A stretch of 63,000 nucleotides of DNA, the filler included, from an uncultured bacterium (GTDB taxonomy: Bacteria > CAZSTA01): assembly GCA_964609495.1 (NCBI GenBank). It is 3 parts of 3 records of this genome, joined end to end, with 100 filler letters (N's around TTAATTAATTAA, not from the genome) between each part and the next. Parts side by side here need not be neighbours in the genome. Positions count along the whole stretch, not along the records: positions 1 to 21,060 come from CAZSTA010000043.1; 2 more parts are not named here. One strand, 5' to 3'. The notes beneath the pieces were generated by a model, which was not told the origin of the DNA, did no database searches, and worked only from the letters and a program-made list of their open reading frames with translations. Made by a program: the position numbers and the translations under genes. Positions 1-9,581 of this stretch are shown one piece after another (the stretch's first letter is position 1; each line of letters starts with the position of its first letter).

Positions 1-1
1 C

Positions 2-208
2 GAAGAGCATAAAGATAATCTGTGGTACTGGGCGATCTACAAAGCTGGAACTGACGAGAAGGTTCAGAGTATTACTTCGTGGGATGCCCAGGTATTAGCA
101 GAAGGGAAATATAAGATCACTATACGCTTTAATAACACAGATCAGGAGACCACGCTTATCGATGACTTAGAGGTTGAAAAAGGAGTGGTAGTTGAGTTAG
201 AGCTTTAG
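2..208 (+). CDS. 3' end of hypothetical protein (truncated by window edge)
   Basis: Open frame 2: EEHKDNLWYWAIYKAG...LEVEKGVVVELEL*, TAG at 206-208, 7 bp before next ATG. Confidence 0.65.
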   Translation, partial: EEHKDNLWYWAIYKAGTDEKVQSITSWDAQVLAEGKYKITIRFNNTDQETTLIDDLEVEKGVVVELEL

Positions 209-215
209 AATTAAG

Positions 216-812
216 ATGTCAAATATAGGACTAATAGTTGCAATGAGTATGGAAATCCCAGATATCTTTCAAGATAAATCGAGTGTTCACCAAATTGGGA
301 ACAATGAAATACACCTAGTTGTTTCAGGAATAGGACAAAAAAGAGCACGCTATGCAACGGAGAAGGTATGTAGAGAATTTCATCCCGATTATCTCATGAC
401 GTTAGGTTTTTGCGGAGGAATACGAGACGATCTCCATATAGGTTACCTGGTCATCGCTGATCGTATTACCTACGGTCGCAAAGAAATTGAATTAGATAAT
501 AAGTATCTCGATGAAGCAGCTAATGCTTTACATGGGATGGAATATCATAAAGGGGTATTCCAAACATTTGATTGGCCAGTATTCTCAAGGAATAGAGTTT
601 CTAAAGATACTCTCGCAGTTGATATGGAATCTTTTGCTATAGCTGACCTAGGTCGAACCTACCATATACCCACTGTGATGATTAAGGCCGTAAGTGATAT
701 CATTCCAGAGAAAGTAGGTATGAATAGCCTCTTGAACTTAGTAAAGGCCGTAAGAGGCAATGCTAAAGCAAAGAATAAATTAAATGAGTTTGCTAAACGA
801 TATTTTTTGTAA
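216..812 (+). CDS. Nucleoside phosphorylase / MTA-SAH nucleosidase family protein (PNP_UDP_1)
   Basis: IVAMxxE, SGIG, GFCGG, AVDMES, IKAVSD motifs. Confidence 0.85.
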   Translation: MSNIGLIVAMSMEIPDIFQDKSSVHQIGNNEIHLVVSGIGQKRARYATEKVCREFHPDYLMTLGFCGGIRDDLHIGYLVIADRITYGRKEIELDNKYLDEAANALHGMEYHKGVFQTFDWPVFSRNRVSKDTLAVDMESFAIADLGRTYHIPTVMIKAVSDIIPEKVGMNSLLNLVKAVRGNAKAKNKLNEFAKRYFL

Positions 813-934
813 AGAGACAGCACAAAGTATGATTACACAATTATTATACAAAAAGGTCAATTTTTAAGCAACTTTTAAAAGGATGCGTTTAAAACTTGGG
901 AAATGGGCATCTCTTTACCATGGCGGTGAGAAAA

Positions 935-2434
935 ATGGAACAGAAGTCGATAATAATCATCGGGGCTGGTATTGCCGGCCTATCCGCAGGGTGCTACGGT
1001 CAGATGAATGGCTACCGCACTCAGATCTTCGAGATGCACGACAAACCAGGCGGGTTATGCACTTCCTGGGAGCGTAAGGGATACATCATTGATGGTTGTC
1101 TCCACTGGCTAGTCGGTTCCGGGCCAGGTGTCGGCTTTTATCGCATTTGGGAAGAATTGGGCGCGGTGCAAGGACGACATATAATCAACCACGAGGAGTT
1201 CGTGCGTGTCGAGGGGAAAGGAGGCCAGGTCTTCGTTGTTTACTCCGACATCGACAGGCTGGAGCAGCATATGAAAGAACTTGCCCCTCAAGATTCGGAG
1301 GTGATCGAGGAGTTCTCCAGGGCAGTGCGCACCTGTGCTCGCTATGACCTTCCGGTCGATAAAGCGCCCGAGTTGTATGGGTTTGTTGATGGAATAAAGT
1401 TCCTGATTCAGATGCTTCCATTCTTGAAAATCATGTCAAAGTGGAAAAAGATATCGAGCCAAGAGTATGCAAAGAGGTTTTCGGATACCTTCCTGCGCGA
1501 GGCTTTTCCCCTTATCTCTGACCTCCCTGATTTTCCAATGGTGGCCTTGCTAATGACCCTGGCTTGGATGCATCAGAAATCTGCTGGTTATATAGAGGGT
1601 GGTTCGCTCGAATTTTCTCGTAGCATCGAACGGCGTTACCTTGATTTAGGAGGAAAGATTCACTATCGCTCACCGGTCACAGAAATATTGGTGGAAAATG
1701 ATAAGGCAGTTGGTGTACGGCTGGCTGACGGCACCATACACCGCAGTAACATCGTCATCTCTGCTGCGGATGGACACACAACCATTTTCAATATGCTGGG
1801 AGGGAAGTATATCAATAAAGAAATCCGTGGTTATTACGACAAACTTCCCATTTTTCCCCCTCTGATCCACGTAGCTTTTGGCGTCGCTCGCTCTTTCGAG
1901 GGGCTGCCCCATTGTTTCATCTATTCTCTCGATGAACCCGTTACTATTGGTGGACAGGAACAGAAGAGCATTGCCGTTGAGATTTACAACTTCGATCACA
2001 CTCTGGCTCCACCGGGCAAGACGGTTTTGAAAGTCATGTTCACTTCTGATTATATGTATTGGAAGAACTTGAAGCAAGACCCCGAGCGCTACAAGGCTGA
2101 GAAGGAACAGATTGCTGACAAAGTGACGACCTTGCTTGAGCAGCGTTTTCCAGGATTTGCTGACCAAATCGAAATGTGTGATGTGGCCACGCCCATCACT
2201 TGGGAACGCTATACCGGCAATTGGCGAGGTAGCTTTGAGGGTTGGCTGGTTTCGAAGAAGACGTTGCCTCCTTTCCGTATGAGTAAAACCCTCCCTGGAC
2301 TAAAGAACTTCTACATGGCTGGACAATGGGTTGAGCCGGGAGGGGGCGTGCCCGCGGTAGCCATATCCGGTCGAAATGTAATTCAGATCATCTGCAAGCG
2401 AGATAAAAAGGCATTTGTAACAAAGATTCCATGA
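935..2434 (+). CDS. Phytoene dehydrogenase-family FAD-dependent oxidoreductase
   Basis: IIGAGIAGLSAG Rossmann motif, FEMHDKPGG, C-terminal LPGLKNFYMAGQWVEPGGGVP; start set at ATG 935 (MEQKS) after GGTGAG. Confidence 0.85.
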   Translation: MEQKSIIIIGAGIAGLSAGCYGQMNGYRTQIFEMHDKPGGLCTSWERKGYIIDGCLHWLVGSGPGVGFYRIWEELGAVQGRHIINHEEFVRVEGKGGQVFVVYSDIDRLEQHMKELAPQDSEVIEEFSRAVRTCARYDLPVDKAPELYGFVDGIKFLIQMLPFLKIMSKWKKISSQEYAKRFSDTFLREAFPLISDLPDFPMVALLMTLAWMHQKSAGYIEGGSLEFSRSIERRYLDLGGKIHYRSPVTEILVENDKAVGVRLADGTIHRSNIVISAADGHTTIFNMLGGKYINKEIRGYYDKLPIFPPLIHVAFGVARSFEGLPHCFIYSLDEPVTIGGQEQKSIAVEIYNFDHTLAPPGKTVLKVMFTSDYMYWKNLKQDPERYKAEKEQIADKVTTLLEQRFPGFADQIEMCDVATPITWERYTGNWRGSFEGWLVSKKTLPPFRMSKTLPGLKNFYMAGQWVEPGGGVPAVAISGRNVIQIICKRDKKAFVTKIP

Positions 2435-2486
2435 GCCCAATTTCAGGATCTGCGAGCGAATGGTGAGGAGGTTATGAGCAGCACTC

Positions 2487-3269
2487 CTATCCCCTTGGTC
2501 CCCACCAAAAAATTCTATATTCCTTCAGTTCGGCAAGTATGCTATCCATCTCCTCAATAAACTCCCCTTCAGCCGAACCCTTCTCCTTAGCTCTGGTCAC
2601 ACCAGCTTCGAACTTATCCATTACGCTATCCAAATCGGCTACATCATTCTGAAAGCCAATCATATCATAGGTCGAACAGTGATCGGAGAGTTGAGCGATG
2701 AAAGTATCCAGGTCGGTTATTATATCCTCCAGATATTCGATGAACCCCGGATGAGCTTCTTCCGCCTCCTTGGTTTTCTGAACGCTGGTTTTCACCTTCT
2801 CAACTAATCCCTCGATCGTCTCCAGATCGCATTCAAATTTAGGAGGCTCGGTAACTTCAGCAGAACCGATCCTGAAGTTGACCACTTTTAGCAACTCGTC
2901 TTCAACGCTCATCTCTACTCGCCAATCCCCCTCTTTAAATGGCTTACCATAAGAGGAATATATGCCAGCAGTATAAGTTCCGCTCTCAGCATCATTCAGT
3001 TCTATGGTATTCTGGAGGATTATATTATCTCCCTGATACCACTTTAGGAGTAGGACAGTATCAGGAGTCGCATCTACAAATGAGAACCACAGATAGAGGA
3101 TCTCCTCCTCGGGAGAGAACACGGTATTTGCTCCAACGGGCAGTCCCTTCTCATCAACTCCTAGGCATATCACCGCCTCGGTTATCGTAGTCGAAGCATT
3201 ACAAATTCCGGTGATCATGATAAGAGCTAGAACATAAACTATCATAGATGTTATAAGATATCTTCTCAT
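2487..3269 (-). CDS. Secreted hypothetical protein (Ig-like N-terminal domain + acidic helical C-terminus)
   Basis: Signal peptide MRRYLITSMIVYVLALIMITGICNA; beta-rich domain with GDWRVE; last gene of the 3-gene minus-strand unit. Confidence 0.7.
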   Translation of the reverse strand: MRRYLITSMIVYVLALIMITGICNASTTITEAVICLGVDEKGLPVGANTVFSPEEEILYLWFSFVDATPDTVLLLKWYQGDNIILQNTIELNDAESGTYTAGIYSSYGKPFKEGDWRVEMSVEDELLKVVNFRIGSAEVTEPPKFECDLETIEGLVEKVKTSVQKTKEAEEAHPGFIEYLEDIITDLDTFIAQLSDHCSTYDMIGFQNDVADLDSVMDKFEAGVTRAKEKGSAEGEFIEEMDSILAELKEYRIFWWGPRG

Positions 3270-3290
3270 AATGATCGCCTCATCTTTATA

Positions 3291-3322
3291 AGGAGGCAAC
3301 GAGTTATCGATCGTTGCCTCCT
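3291..3322. terminator. 12-bp perfect stem-loop after first VWA gene
   Basis: AGGAGGCAACGA-8nt-TCGTTGCCTCCT. Confidence 0.5.
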
Positions 3323-3331
3323 CGAATTTGA

Positions 3332-5659
3332 CTACCACTCGTATTCAGTCTTTTCCTCCTCGGTTTCGACCTCGGGTTCGACTCCAGAGATAGGACCTTT
3401 CTTGAAGGTTTCGATCTGACCGGCCTGAGTGGGGCAAGATATCTCTCCACAGATCGTCTCTGTCCACTCGCAGAATCTAGCCTGTAGGCAAATAGTGTAG
3501 GCACCATCGGCTAAGCCTCGGAAATTGCCTTCATAGTTGCCGGTGGAGGAGTTATATTTAAGCTCAACACTACCTACCTTTACTCCTCCCGCGGAGGTTA
3601 TATTAGCCACTACACTTGCCCGTCCTTCGACTGGCTCTATCACCGAACCTTGAGGATCGGTTATCCTGGCTGATAACCTCAAAGTGCCATCCGCACATTC
3701 GGCTGTCATCTGAAGGGCAAAGGTGCAACTGATCACCTGCCCGATATCGGTGATAAGCTTGCTTATTCCCTCAGCCGCATCGAAGTCGTAGAAGTTACCG
3801 CCAGTACTGGAAGCCAATTGAACTAGCTTCGCGTAAGCCTTATCATAACAGGGTTTATCGTGACTCTTATAACCTATAACGTGGACAACTATCCCCTTGC
3901 TCCTAATACCAGCTTCTACTTGATCATAAGTGTATGGTGAGGTTGAATCATCACCGCAATCTGCAACCTCCGGCACTCGCGGGGGAGCATCGCTTATCAA
4001 GATGATAACTCGCTTTGAACCCTCTCGCCAGGGGACATCATTAGCGGCATGAGCTAGGGCATCGAGTGTCGATTCAGGAGTGTCTCCGCCTCCACTAGCG
4101 GATAAACCTCCGACCCAATTCTTGAAGACGCCGATCTTCTCTGTCATCCCGTAATATTTATAGGGGAGGTCAACGGGATTCCCTGGTCCACTGCGATCTT
4201 TGAACTCAACCAATCCGAGTTGATAATTGACCCCACTATCGGCTAATTTATCAGCGAAGGATTGGGATACGGAATAGACTGTTACTATCTCCTCCTGCAT
4301 CGTCCCAGTCGAATCGATCACGAAAACGATGTCAGCTAAAGCTCCTGTTTTAATGCAAATTCTATCCTTTAACACGTCACAGGTAATAGGGGGTTCAAGA
4401 GGTTCAGATATCTCCTCACAACATTCCCTAAGTTCATCGACGAGTTCCTGCAGTTCCTTCAGCTTCTCCTCGATCTTATCGGCTATCTCCTCACAGCATT
4501 CAGCGGAGGGCTTGACAGTAGGAGGCTTCATATATCCGGGGATCTTACCACAGCAGATCTCCAGCATAAGCGCTCCCAGCGCAGCGGTATAGTTCTTCCC
4601 AGTGCCCGATTCGTTGCCGACCGCATCCCAACTTCCGTCCTCGTTCTGATGCTCGATGAGGAGGCTACACATCAGACTGCTCCACCATTTCCAATTTTCC
4701 CCTCCAGCTAGATACATAGCTCTAGTGGCATAATACCAGTAGTAGAAGGGACTCGACCATCCCACCTGCTCCTCCTCCCACTCAGGAGGATATTTCTTAA
4801 TATATTCTATCCCTGTTCCCACATAAGGGTCATTTGGATATCCGGTCAGTTGCAGGGAGAGAATCCCGATCCCTGTTCTCGCACAGCCATGCGATCCCCC
4901 TGGTTGGTAGGTAAAGCCTCCGGTATTCTTATCATAGCAAGCTCTTATGGAGGTAGCGGCGGCCTCGAAGGCTTGAGCGGGAACATTGAAGCCCGCTTGT
5001 TTAGCCGCTTTGAGCGCGATGATCTGCCAGCCAACGACCGAAGTATCGCTATCGGTGCTATTTGCTTTGTATCTCCAACCACCATAATACTTCGAGTCCT
5101 TATTAACCGGACCTCCCAGGGCTTGAGGTTTATTCTCTGTATTCTGACTTCTAAGGATCATCCCGATTGCATCTCTGATTATCGGTGAAAGAGAGGGATC
5201 CTTCAATTCGTTATAAGCCTCGATCAGCGCGATGGTGGCTATCCCGTGGGAGTACATAACAGTGCTGGTCGATTCCTTAGGATCTGAGAAATCATTAAAG
5301 ATAAGCCCGGCGATATCGGGTTTATCAGCGTTCTCGGCGCTGGAATGAAGAGCTTTTTTAAGAAAGGCTATAGCTTTTTCGATATTATCCTGATATTGAG
5401 CTGGGCTAGACCCACAAGTTGCGTCCACCATAGCCATTAGCGCAAGACCAGCGATCGCGGCTGCTCTTCCTCTACTAGGAGTATCCCAAGACCCATCCTC
5501 ATTTTGATTTTCAGCTAGATAATCTAAAGCCTTCTTAATTGCAGTCTGGAGTTTATTTTGATCCAACTGTGGAACATCTGCTTCATCCGCCGCTCCAACA
5601 GCAGTGGAGAAGGCTAAGATCACAATTAGGGTAAATATTATTAACGATCTTTTCAACAT
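3332..5659 (-). CDS. Secreted prenyltransferase/squalene-oxidase-repeat (alpha/alpha barrel) + coiled coil + VWA protein
   Basis: Signal peptide; QNEDGSW and GGWRY repeats; VWA with DIVFVIDSTGTM MIDAS-type motif, GGGDTPES, ILISDAPP. Confidence 0.85.
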   Translation of the reverse strand: MLKRSLIIFTLIVILAFSTAVGAADEADVPQLDQNKLQTAIKKALDYLAENQNEDGSWDTPSRGRAAAIAGLALMAMVDATCGSSPAQYQDNIEKAIAFLKKALHSSAENADKPDIAGLIFNDFSDPKESTSTVMYSHGIATIALIEAYNELKDPSLSPIIRDAIGMILRSQNTENKPQALGGPVNKDSKYYGGWRYKANSTDSDTSVVGWQIIALKAAKQAGFNVPAQAFEAAATSIRACYDKNTGGFTYQPGGSHGCARTGIGILSLQLTGYPNDPYVGTGIEYIKKYPPEWEEEQVGWSSPFYYWYYATRAMYLAGGENWKWWSSLMCSLLIEHQNEDGSWDAVGNESGTGKNYTAALGALMLEICCGKIPGYMKPPTVKPSAECCEEIADKIEEKLKELQELVDELRECCEEISEPLEPPITCDVLKDRICIKTGALADIVFVIDSTGTMQEEIVTVYSVSQSFADKLADSGVNYQLGLVEFKDRSGPGNPVDLPYKYYGMTEKIGVFKNWVGGLSASGGGDTPESTLDALAHAANDVPWREGSKRVIILISDAPPRVPEVADCGDDSTSPYTYDQVEAGIRSKGIVVHVIGYKSHDKPCYDKAYAKLVQLASSTGGNFYDFDAAEGISKLITDIGQVISCTFALQMTAECADGTLRLSARITDPQGSVIEPVEGRASVVANITSAGGVKVGSVELKYNSSTGNYEGNFRGLADGAYTICLQARFCEWTETICGEISCPTQAGQIETFKKGPISGVEPEVETEEEKTEYEW

Positions 5660-5764
5660 AATCCCCTCCTCTTGTCTGGTTTCCCTTAAATACTAGACTA
5701 GATTTTTGCTCTTTCTCGATCATCGGGGCGCCAGGGCGAGAACCCGACGCCCACGAGTAAGATT

Positions 5765-8074
5765 CTACTTTCCTTCAGTTGCAGGACTTACTGGCCCTTT
5801 ATCAAAGAGGTTTATCTGTCCGCTTATAGGGGGATATGATATCTCCCCACAGACCGTTTCAGTCCACTCACAGAACTGAGCCTTCAGACAAATCTCATAG
5901 CGCCCCTCAGTTATACTTGGATATTCTCCCTCATATCTCTTGGTATCGAAGTTATAGTTGAGCGAGATCTGTTCTACATTTCCCTCGGTTAGAGGGGTAA
6001 GTGTAACCGAGACATTCGTCTTACCGATGACGGGCTCTATCACCTCTCCCTGAGGATCTGTGATCTTCGCGGATATCTTCAAAGTATCATCTACGAACTC
6101 GACCTTCATTTGAATAGCAAAGGTGCAACTTATCACCCTACCGATATTGTAGATGATAGTGCTTACATTCTCCGCGGAATTGAAATCATAGAAATTCCCC
6201 CCAGTATCACTGGCAAATTGAACCATCTTAGCATAAGCCGGATCATAGCAGGTATCTACATAGCTCTCATAAGAGATGACATGAGCGACGATTCCTCTGC
6301 CTCTCAGCATATTGATTACATCCTCATAAGTATAACCTGAAGGAGAGGTAGGGTCATCCCCACAGGCGGCGACCTCTGGCACTCGTGGCGGAGCATCGCT
6401 TATCAGGATGGCTACCCGTTTAGCGTCCTTTCTCCAAGGAACATCGGTCGCAGTATGATAGAGCGCGTCAAGGGTCGATTCAGGAATATCTCCGCCTCCA
6501 CTAGCCACCAGACTCCCAATCCACTCTTTGAAGGTATTTATATCGGAAGTCATACCATAGTATTTATAGGGCAGATCGATCGGATTCCCTGGTCCCTCAT
6601 AATCCTTGAACTCGACCAAGCCAAGACGATAATCGATTCCACTATCCGCCAGCTTATCGGCGAAGGATTCCGATACTGAATAGACCGTTAATATCTTCTC
6701 CTGCATAGTTCCAGTAGAATCGATCACGAAGACTATATCCGCCTGAGCCTCCGTTTCCCGACAGATCCTCTCTCGAAGATCCTCACAAGTGAGAGGCTTT
6801 CGGCAACACTCCTCGGCTTTATCTATCAATCGTTCCATATCATCCTCGAACATCTCAAGCTCTCCTTCGATCCTCTCGAGCTCATCTCGTAGTTTATCAA
6901 TCTCCCTCATCTTATCTCTCATCTTCTCGAAGATATAATCGCATTCCTCCACTAGAGGAGCGGGAGCCTCCTCACAATATGCGATCTCTAGGATAAGAAG
7001 GGCCATAGCGGTCGAGTAATTCACCTCCACCCCTGATTCGTTGCCAGCCGCCTCCCAGCTTCCATTCTCACTCTGGTTCTCGACCAACATACTAGTTATC
7101 TCGGTCCTCCACCAATTCCAATGTTCCCCACCAGCGAGAAACATCGCTCTAGTGGCATAGTACCAGTAGTAGAATGGCATCGACCAGCCGATCTGCTCTA
7201 CATTCCAGGTGGGAGGATTGTTCCTAATATATTTCAAAGCGGTATTGATATAAGGATCATCAGGGTATCCACAGAGCTGTAAGGTGAGGATCCCTATCGC
7301 GGTCCTCGCACATCCATCCTTCCTGTCGCCCGGTTGATAAGTAAAACCTCCGCTATCCGAATCATAACAGGCTCTCGTGAAGGTAGCCGCCGCTTCAAAG
7401 GACCAATCGGGGATATTGAAGCCCAAAACCTCAGCAGCCCTAAGCGCTATTATCTGCCAACCAGTGATAGATGTATCACTATCTGGACTCTCCGGTTTAT
7501 ATCGCCAGCCACCGTAATATCTAGAACTCCTATCTATCGGTCCTCTCAGCACTTGGGGTTTATTTTCGGTATTCTGACTGCGTAGGATGAGATCAAGAGC
7601 ATCCTTAATAATCGGATCCAGAGAAGTATCCCCCGATCTATAAGAAGCCTCTATGAGCGCGGCGGTGGCTATTCCATGAGAATACATCAAATAATCCGAC
7701 GATTCCTTAGGCGCATAGACATCGTTAAAAACAGCTCCTGCTATCCAGGGATTATCGGCATACAAAGAGCTGGGATGATAGGTTGCTTCGAGGAATTCTA
7801 AGGCTCGCTCGATATTATCTTGGTATCTATCTTTGTCTATTTCACAAGCGTCAACCATAGCCATCAGGGCTAATCCAGCCACAGCCGAGGGCTTACCTCT
7901 ATTAAAGGTGCTCCAAGAGCCATCCTCACTTTGATTCTCGGCTAGAAAATCAAGTCCCCTTTGGATAGCGCCTTTGATATCGCTCTTGCTCACCAGCTCA
8001 GCAGCAAGAATAGGGGAAGATAGACCAATTATGATTAGCAAAACGGGCAGTATAAGTAGTGTTTTATTCTTCAT
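5765..8074 (-). CDS. Paralogous secreted prenyltransferase-repeat + coiled coil + VWA protein
   Basis: Same architecture: QSEDGSW, GGWRY, DIVFVIDSTGTM, GGGDIPES; colinear with 3332-5659. Confidence 0.85.
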   Translation of the reverse strand: MKNKTLLILPVLLIIIGLSSPILAAELVSKSDIKGAIQRGLDFLAENQSEDGSWSTFNRGKPSAVAGLALMAMVDACEIDKDRYQDNIERALEFLEATYHPSSLYADNPWIAGAVFNDVYAPKESSDYLMYSHGIATAALIEASYRSGDTSLDPIIKDALDLILRSQNTENKPQVLRGPIDRSSRYYGGWRYKPESPDSDTSITGWQIIALRAAEVLGFNIPDWSFEAAATFTRACYDSDSGGFTYQPGDRKDGCARTAIGILTLQLCGYPDDPYINTALKYIRNNPPTWNVEQIGWSMPFYYWYYATRAMFLAGGEHWNWWRTEITSMLVENQSENGSWEAAGNESGVEVNYSTAMALLILEIAYCEEAPAPLVEECDYIFEKMRDKMREIDKLRDELERIEGELEMFEDDMERLIDKAEECCRKPLTCEDLRERICRETEAQADIVFVIDSTGTMQEKILTVYSVSESFADKLADSGIDYRLGLVEFKDYEGPGNPIDLPYKYYGMTSDINTFKEWIGSLVASGGGDIPESTLDALYHTATDVPWRKDAKRVAILISDAPPRVPEVAACGDDPTSPSGYTYEDVINMLRGRGIVAHVISYESYVDTCYDPAYAKMVQFASDTGGNFYDFNSAENVSTIIYNIGRVISCTFAIQMKVEFVDDTLKISAKITDPQGEVIEPVIGKTNVSVTLTPLTEGNVEQISLNYNFDTKRYEGEYPSITEGRYEICLKAQFCEWTETVCGEISYPPISGQINLFDKGPVSPATEGK

Positions 8075-8122
8075 AATCCCTCTCCTTTCAACGATCTATT
8101 TTAACAATCTGCTTTAATCGCA

Positions 8123-8151
8123 ATTATATCACTTTCCAGCCGATGTGTCAA
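8123..8151 (-). promoter_or_regulatory. Sigma70/sigmaA promoter for VWA operon
   Basis: TTGACA-17bp-TATAAT on minus strand. Confidence 0.85.
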
Positions 8152-8198
8152 TCAATTTTCAATTCACTAGATCGCCTCATATTATTTTGAAACCATAA

Positions 8199-8227
8199 TT
8201 GACAAATACATCCTTATTGTATATAAT
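8199..8227 (+). promoter_or_regulatory. Sigma70/sigmaA promoter for propeller genes
   Basis: TTGACA-17bp-TATAAT. Confidence 0.85.
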
Positions 8228-8279
8228 TCAATTAGTTTCAAACAAATATTTTATTAACCTCAGAAGAGGTGATATATTG

Positions 8280-9338
8280 ATGTTTAACTTGAGCTTTGAG
8301 AGGAAAGATTTTGAGAAGAGCTTAGCGGTTCTGTTCTTATCAGTGGCGATATTACTATCTATCTGTGGATGTGAACGCTGTGGCTCACCTGGTCCTCCAG
8401 TAATGTCTCCTCCCAGTAGAGATAGGACTATCTTTGCGGGAATTAATTATGGAGTCTACAAGTCAGAAGATGGAGGAGATAGCTGGGAGTGGCCATCACC
8501 AGATTACGCTCCATATGGTGTGAGAACCCTAGCGATCTCCCCTAATTATGCTAATGATCAGACTATCTTTGCGGGAACTCGGTGGGGAGGAGTATTCGAG
8601 TCCATAGACGGAGGAGGAAACTGGTGGGTAGTTGGGTTATCAGATAAAACTGTGAATGCCCTAGCGATCTCCCCTGATAGGACTATCTTTGCGGGAACTG
8701 AGTATGGGGGAGTCTTCAAGTCCTATGGAGGAGGAGACTGGAGTGAGGTTAATAAGGGGTTAACAAGGCCATACGTGAATGCCCTAGCGATTTCCCCTGA
8801 TTATGAGAATGATTGGACTATCTTTGCGGGAATTCGATGGGGAGGAGTCTACAAGTCCACGAACGGAGGACGGATTTGGAGTTATAGCGGATTAAGTCTA
8901 AGTGTAAAGTATCTAGCGATCTCCCCTGGTTATGGTATTAGTGATTATACTATCTTTGCGGGAACTGAGTATGGAGGAGTCTACAAGTCTACGGACGGAG
9001 GAAGAAGCTGGAGAGGGAGTATGGTTGGGTTATCATATGAGATTGTGGAAGTGAAAGCCCTCGCGATCTCTCCTAATTATGCTACTGATAGGACTATCTT
9101 TGCGGGAACTACGGGGGGAGTCTACAAGTCCACGTATGGAGGAGGAGGCTGGTGGGAATGCTGGGGAATAGAAGACGAAGTTAATGCCCTAGCGATCTCC
9201 CCTAATTATGCTAATGATCAGACTATCTTTGCGGGAACTACGGAGGGAGTCTACAAGTCAACAGATGGAGGAAGATACTGGAGGAAAGTAGGGATATGGA
9301 CATCTGTGGAAGCCCTAGCGATCTCCCCTAATTATTGA
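8280..9338 (+). CDS. 7-bladed BNR/Asp-box (YCF48/VPS10-like) beta-propeller, probable lipoprotein
   Basis: Seven TIFAG..GVYKSxDGG..W..LAISP repeats; lipobox-like LSICGC; RBS GAGGTGA before ATG 8280. Confidence 0.85.
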   Translation: MFNLSFERKDFEKSLAVLFLSVAILLSICGCERCGSPGPPVMSPPSRDRTIFAGINYGVYKSEDGGDSWEWPSPDYAPYGVRTLAISPNYANDQTIFAGTRWGGVFESIDGGGNWWVVGLSDKTVNALAISPDRTIFAGTEYGGVFKSYGGGDWSEVNKGLTRPYVNALAISPDYENDWTIFAGIRWGGVYKSTNGGRIWSYSGLSLSVKYLAISPGYGISDYTIFAGTEYGGVYKSTDGGRSWRGSMVGLSYEIVEVKALAISPNYATDRTIFAGTTGGVYKSTYGGGGWWECWGIEDEVNALAISPNYANDQTIFAGTTEGVYKSTDGGRYWRKVGIWTSVEALAISPNY

Positions 9339-9525
9339 TGAATCTGGTAGTGATAGCACTATCTTTGTGGAAACTTATTTGGAGAAGGAGTCTTCAAGTC
9401 CACTGATAAAGGAGAAAGCTGGAGGAAGTTAATATAAGGATTAATATTTCTAACTGTGAGATCCCTTCTAATAGTCCCATCTGATTATGGTAAGTGATGA
9501 GACAATCTTCGTGAAACTACTTAGA
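9339..9525 (+). repeat. Non-coding degenerate extra propeller blades after the stop codon
   Basis: GATAGCACTATCTTTGTGGAAACT...GGAGTCTTCAAGTCCACTGATAAAGGAGAAAGCTGGAGG, then a more decayed partial unit; frameshifted. Confidence 0.8.
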
Positions 9526-9581
9526 GCAAATTGATAGAGGGTGATATTAACTTCTGTCAATTATAAAGAGGTGATGTATTG

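Noticed and set aside
216-8074. Hopanoid cluster (HpnG-like phosphorylase, desaturase, squalene-cyclase-like repeats)
   Set aside because: The barrel proteins are secreted, single-barrel, VWA-fused and lack DxDD; the genes are convergent; no hpnC/D or hpnH is present
9511-9524. TGAAACTACTTA resembling a family A end
   Set aside because: Equally explained as a decayed propeller blade sequence
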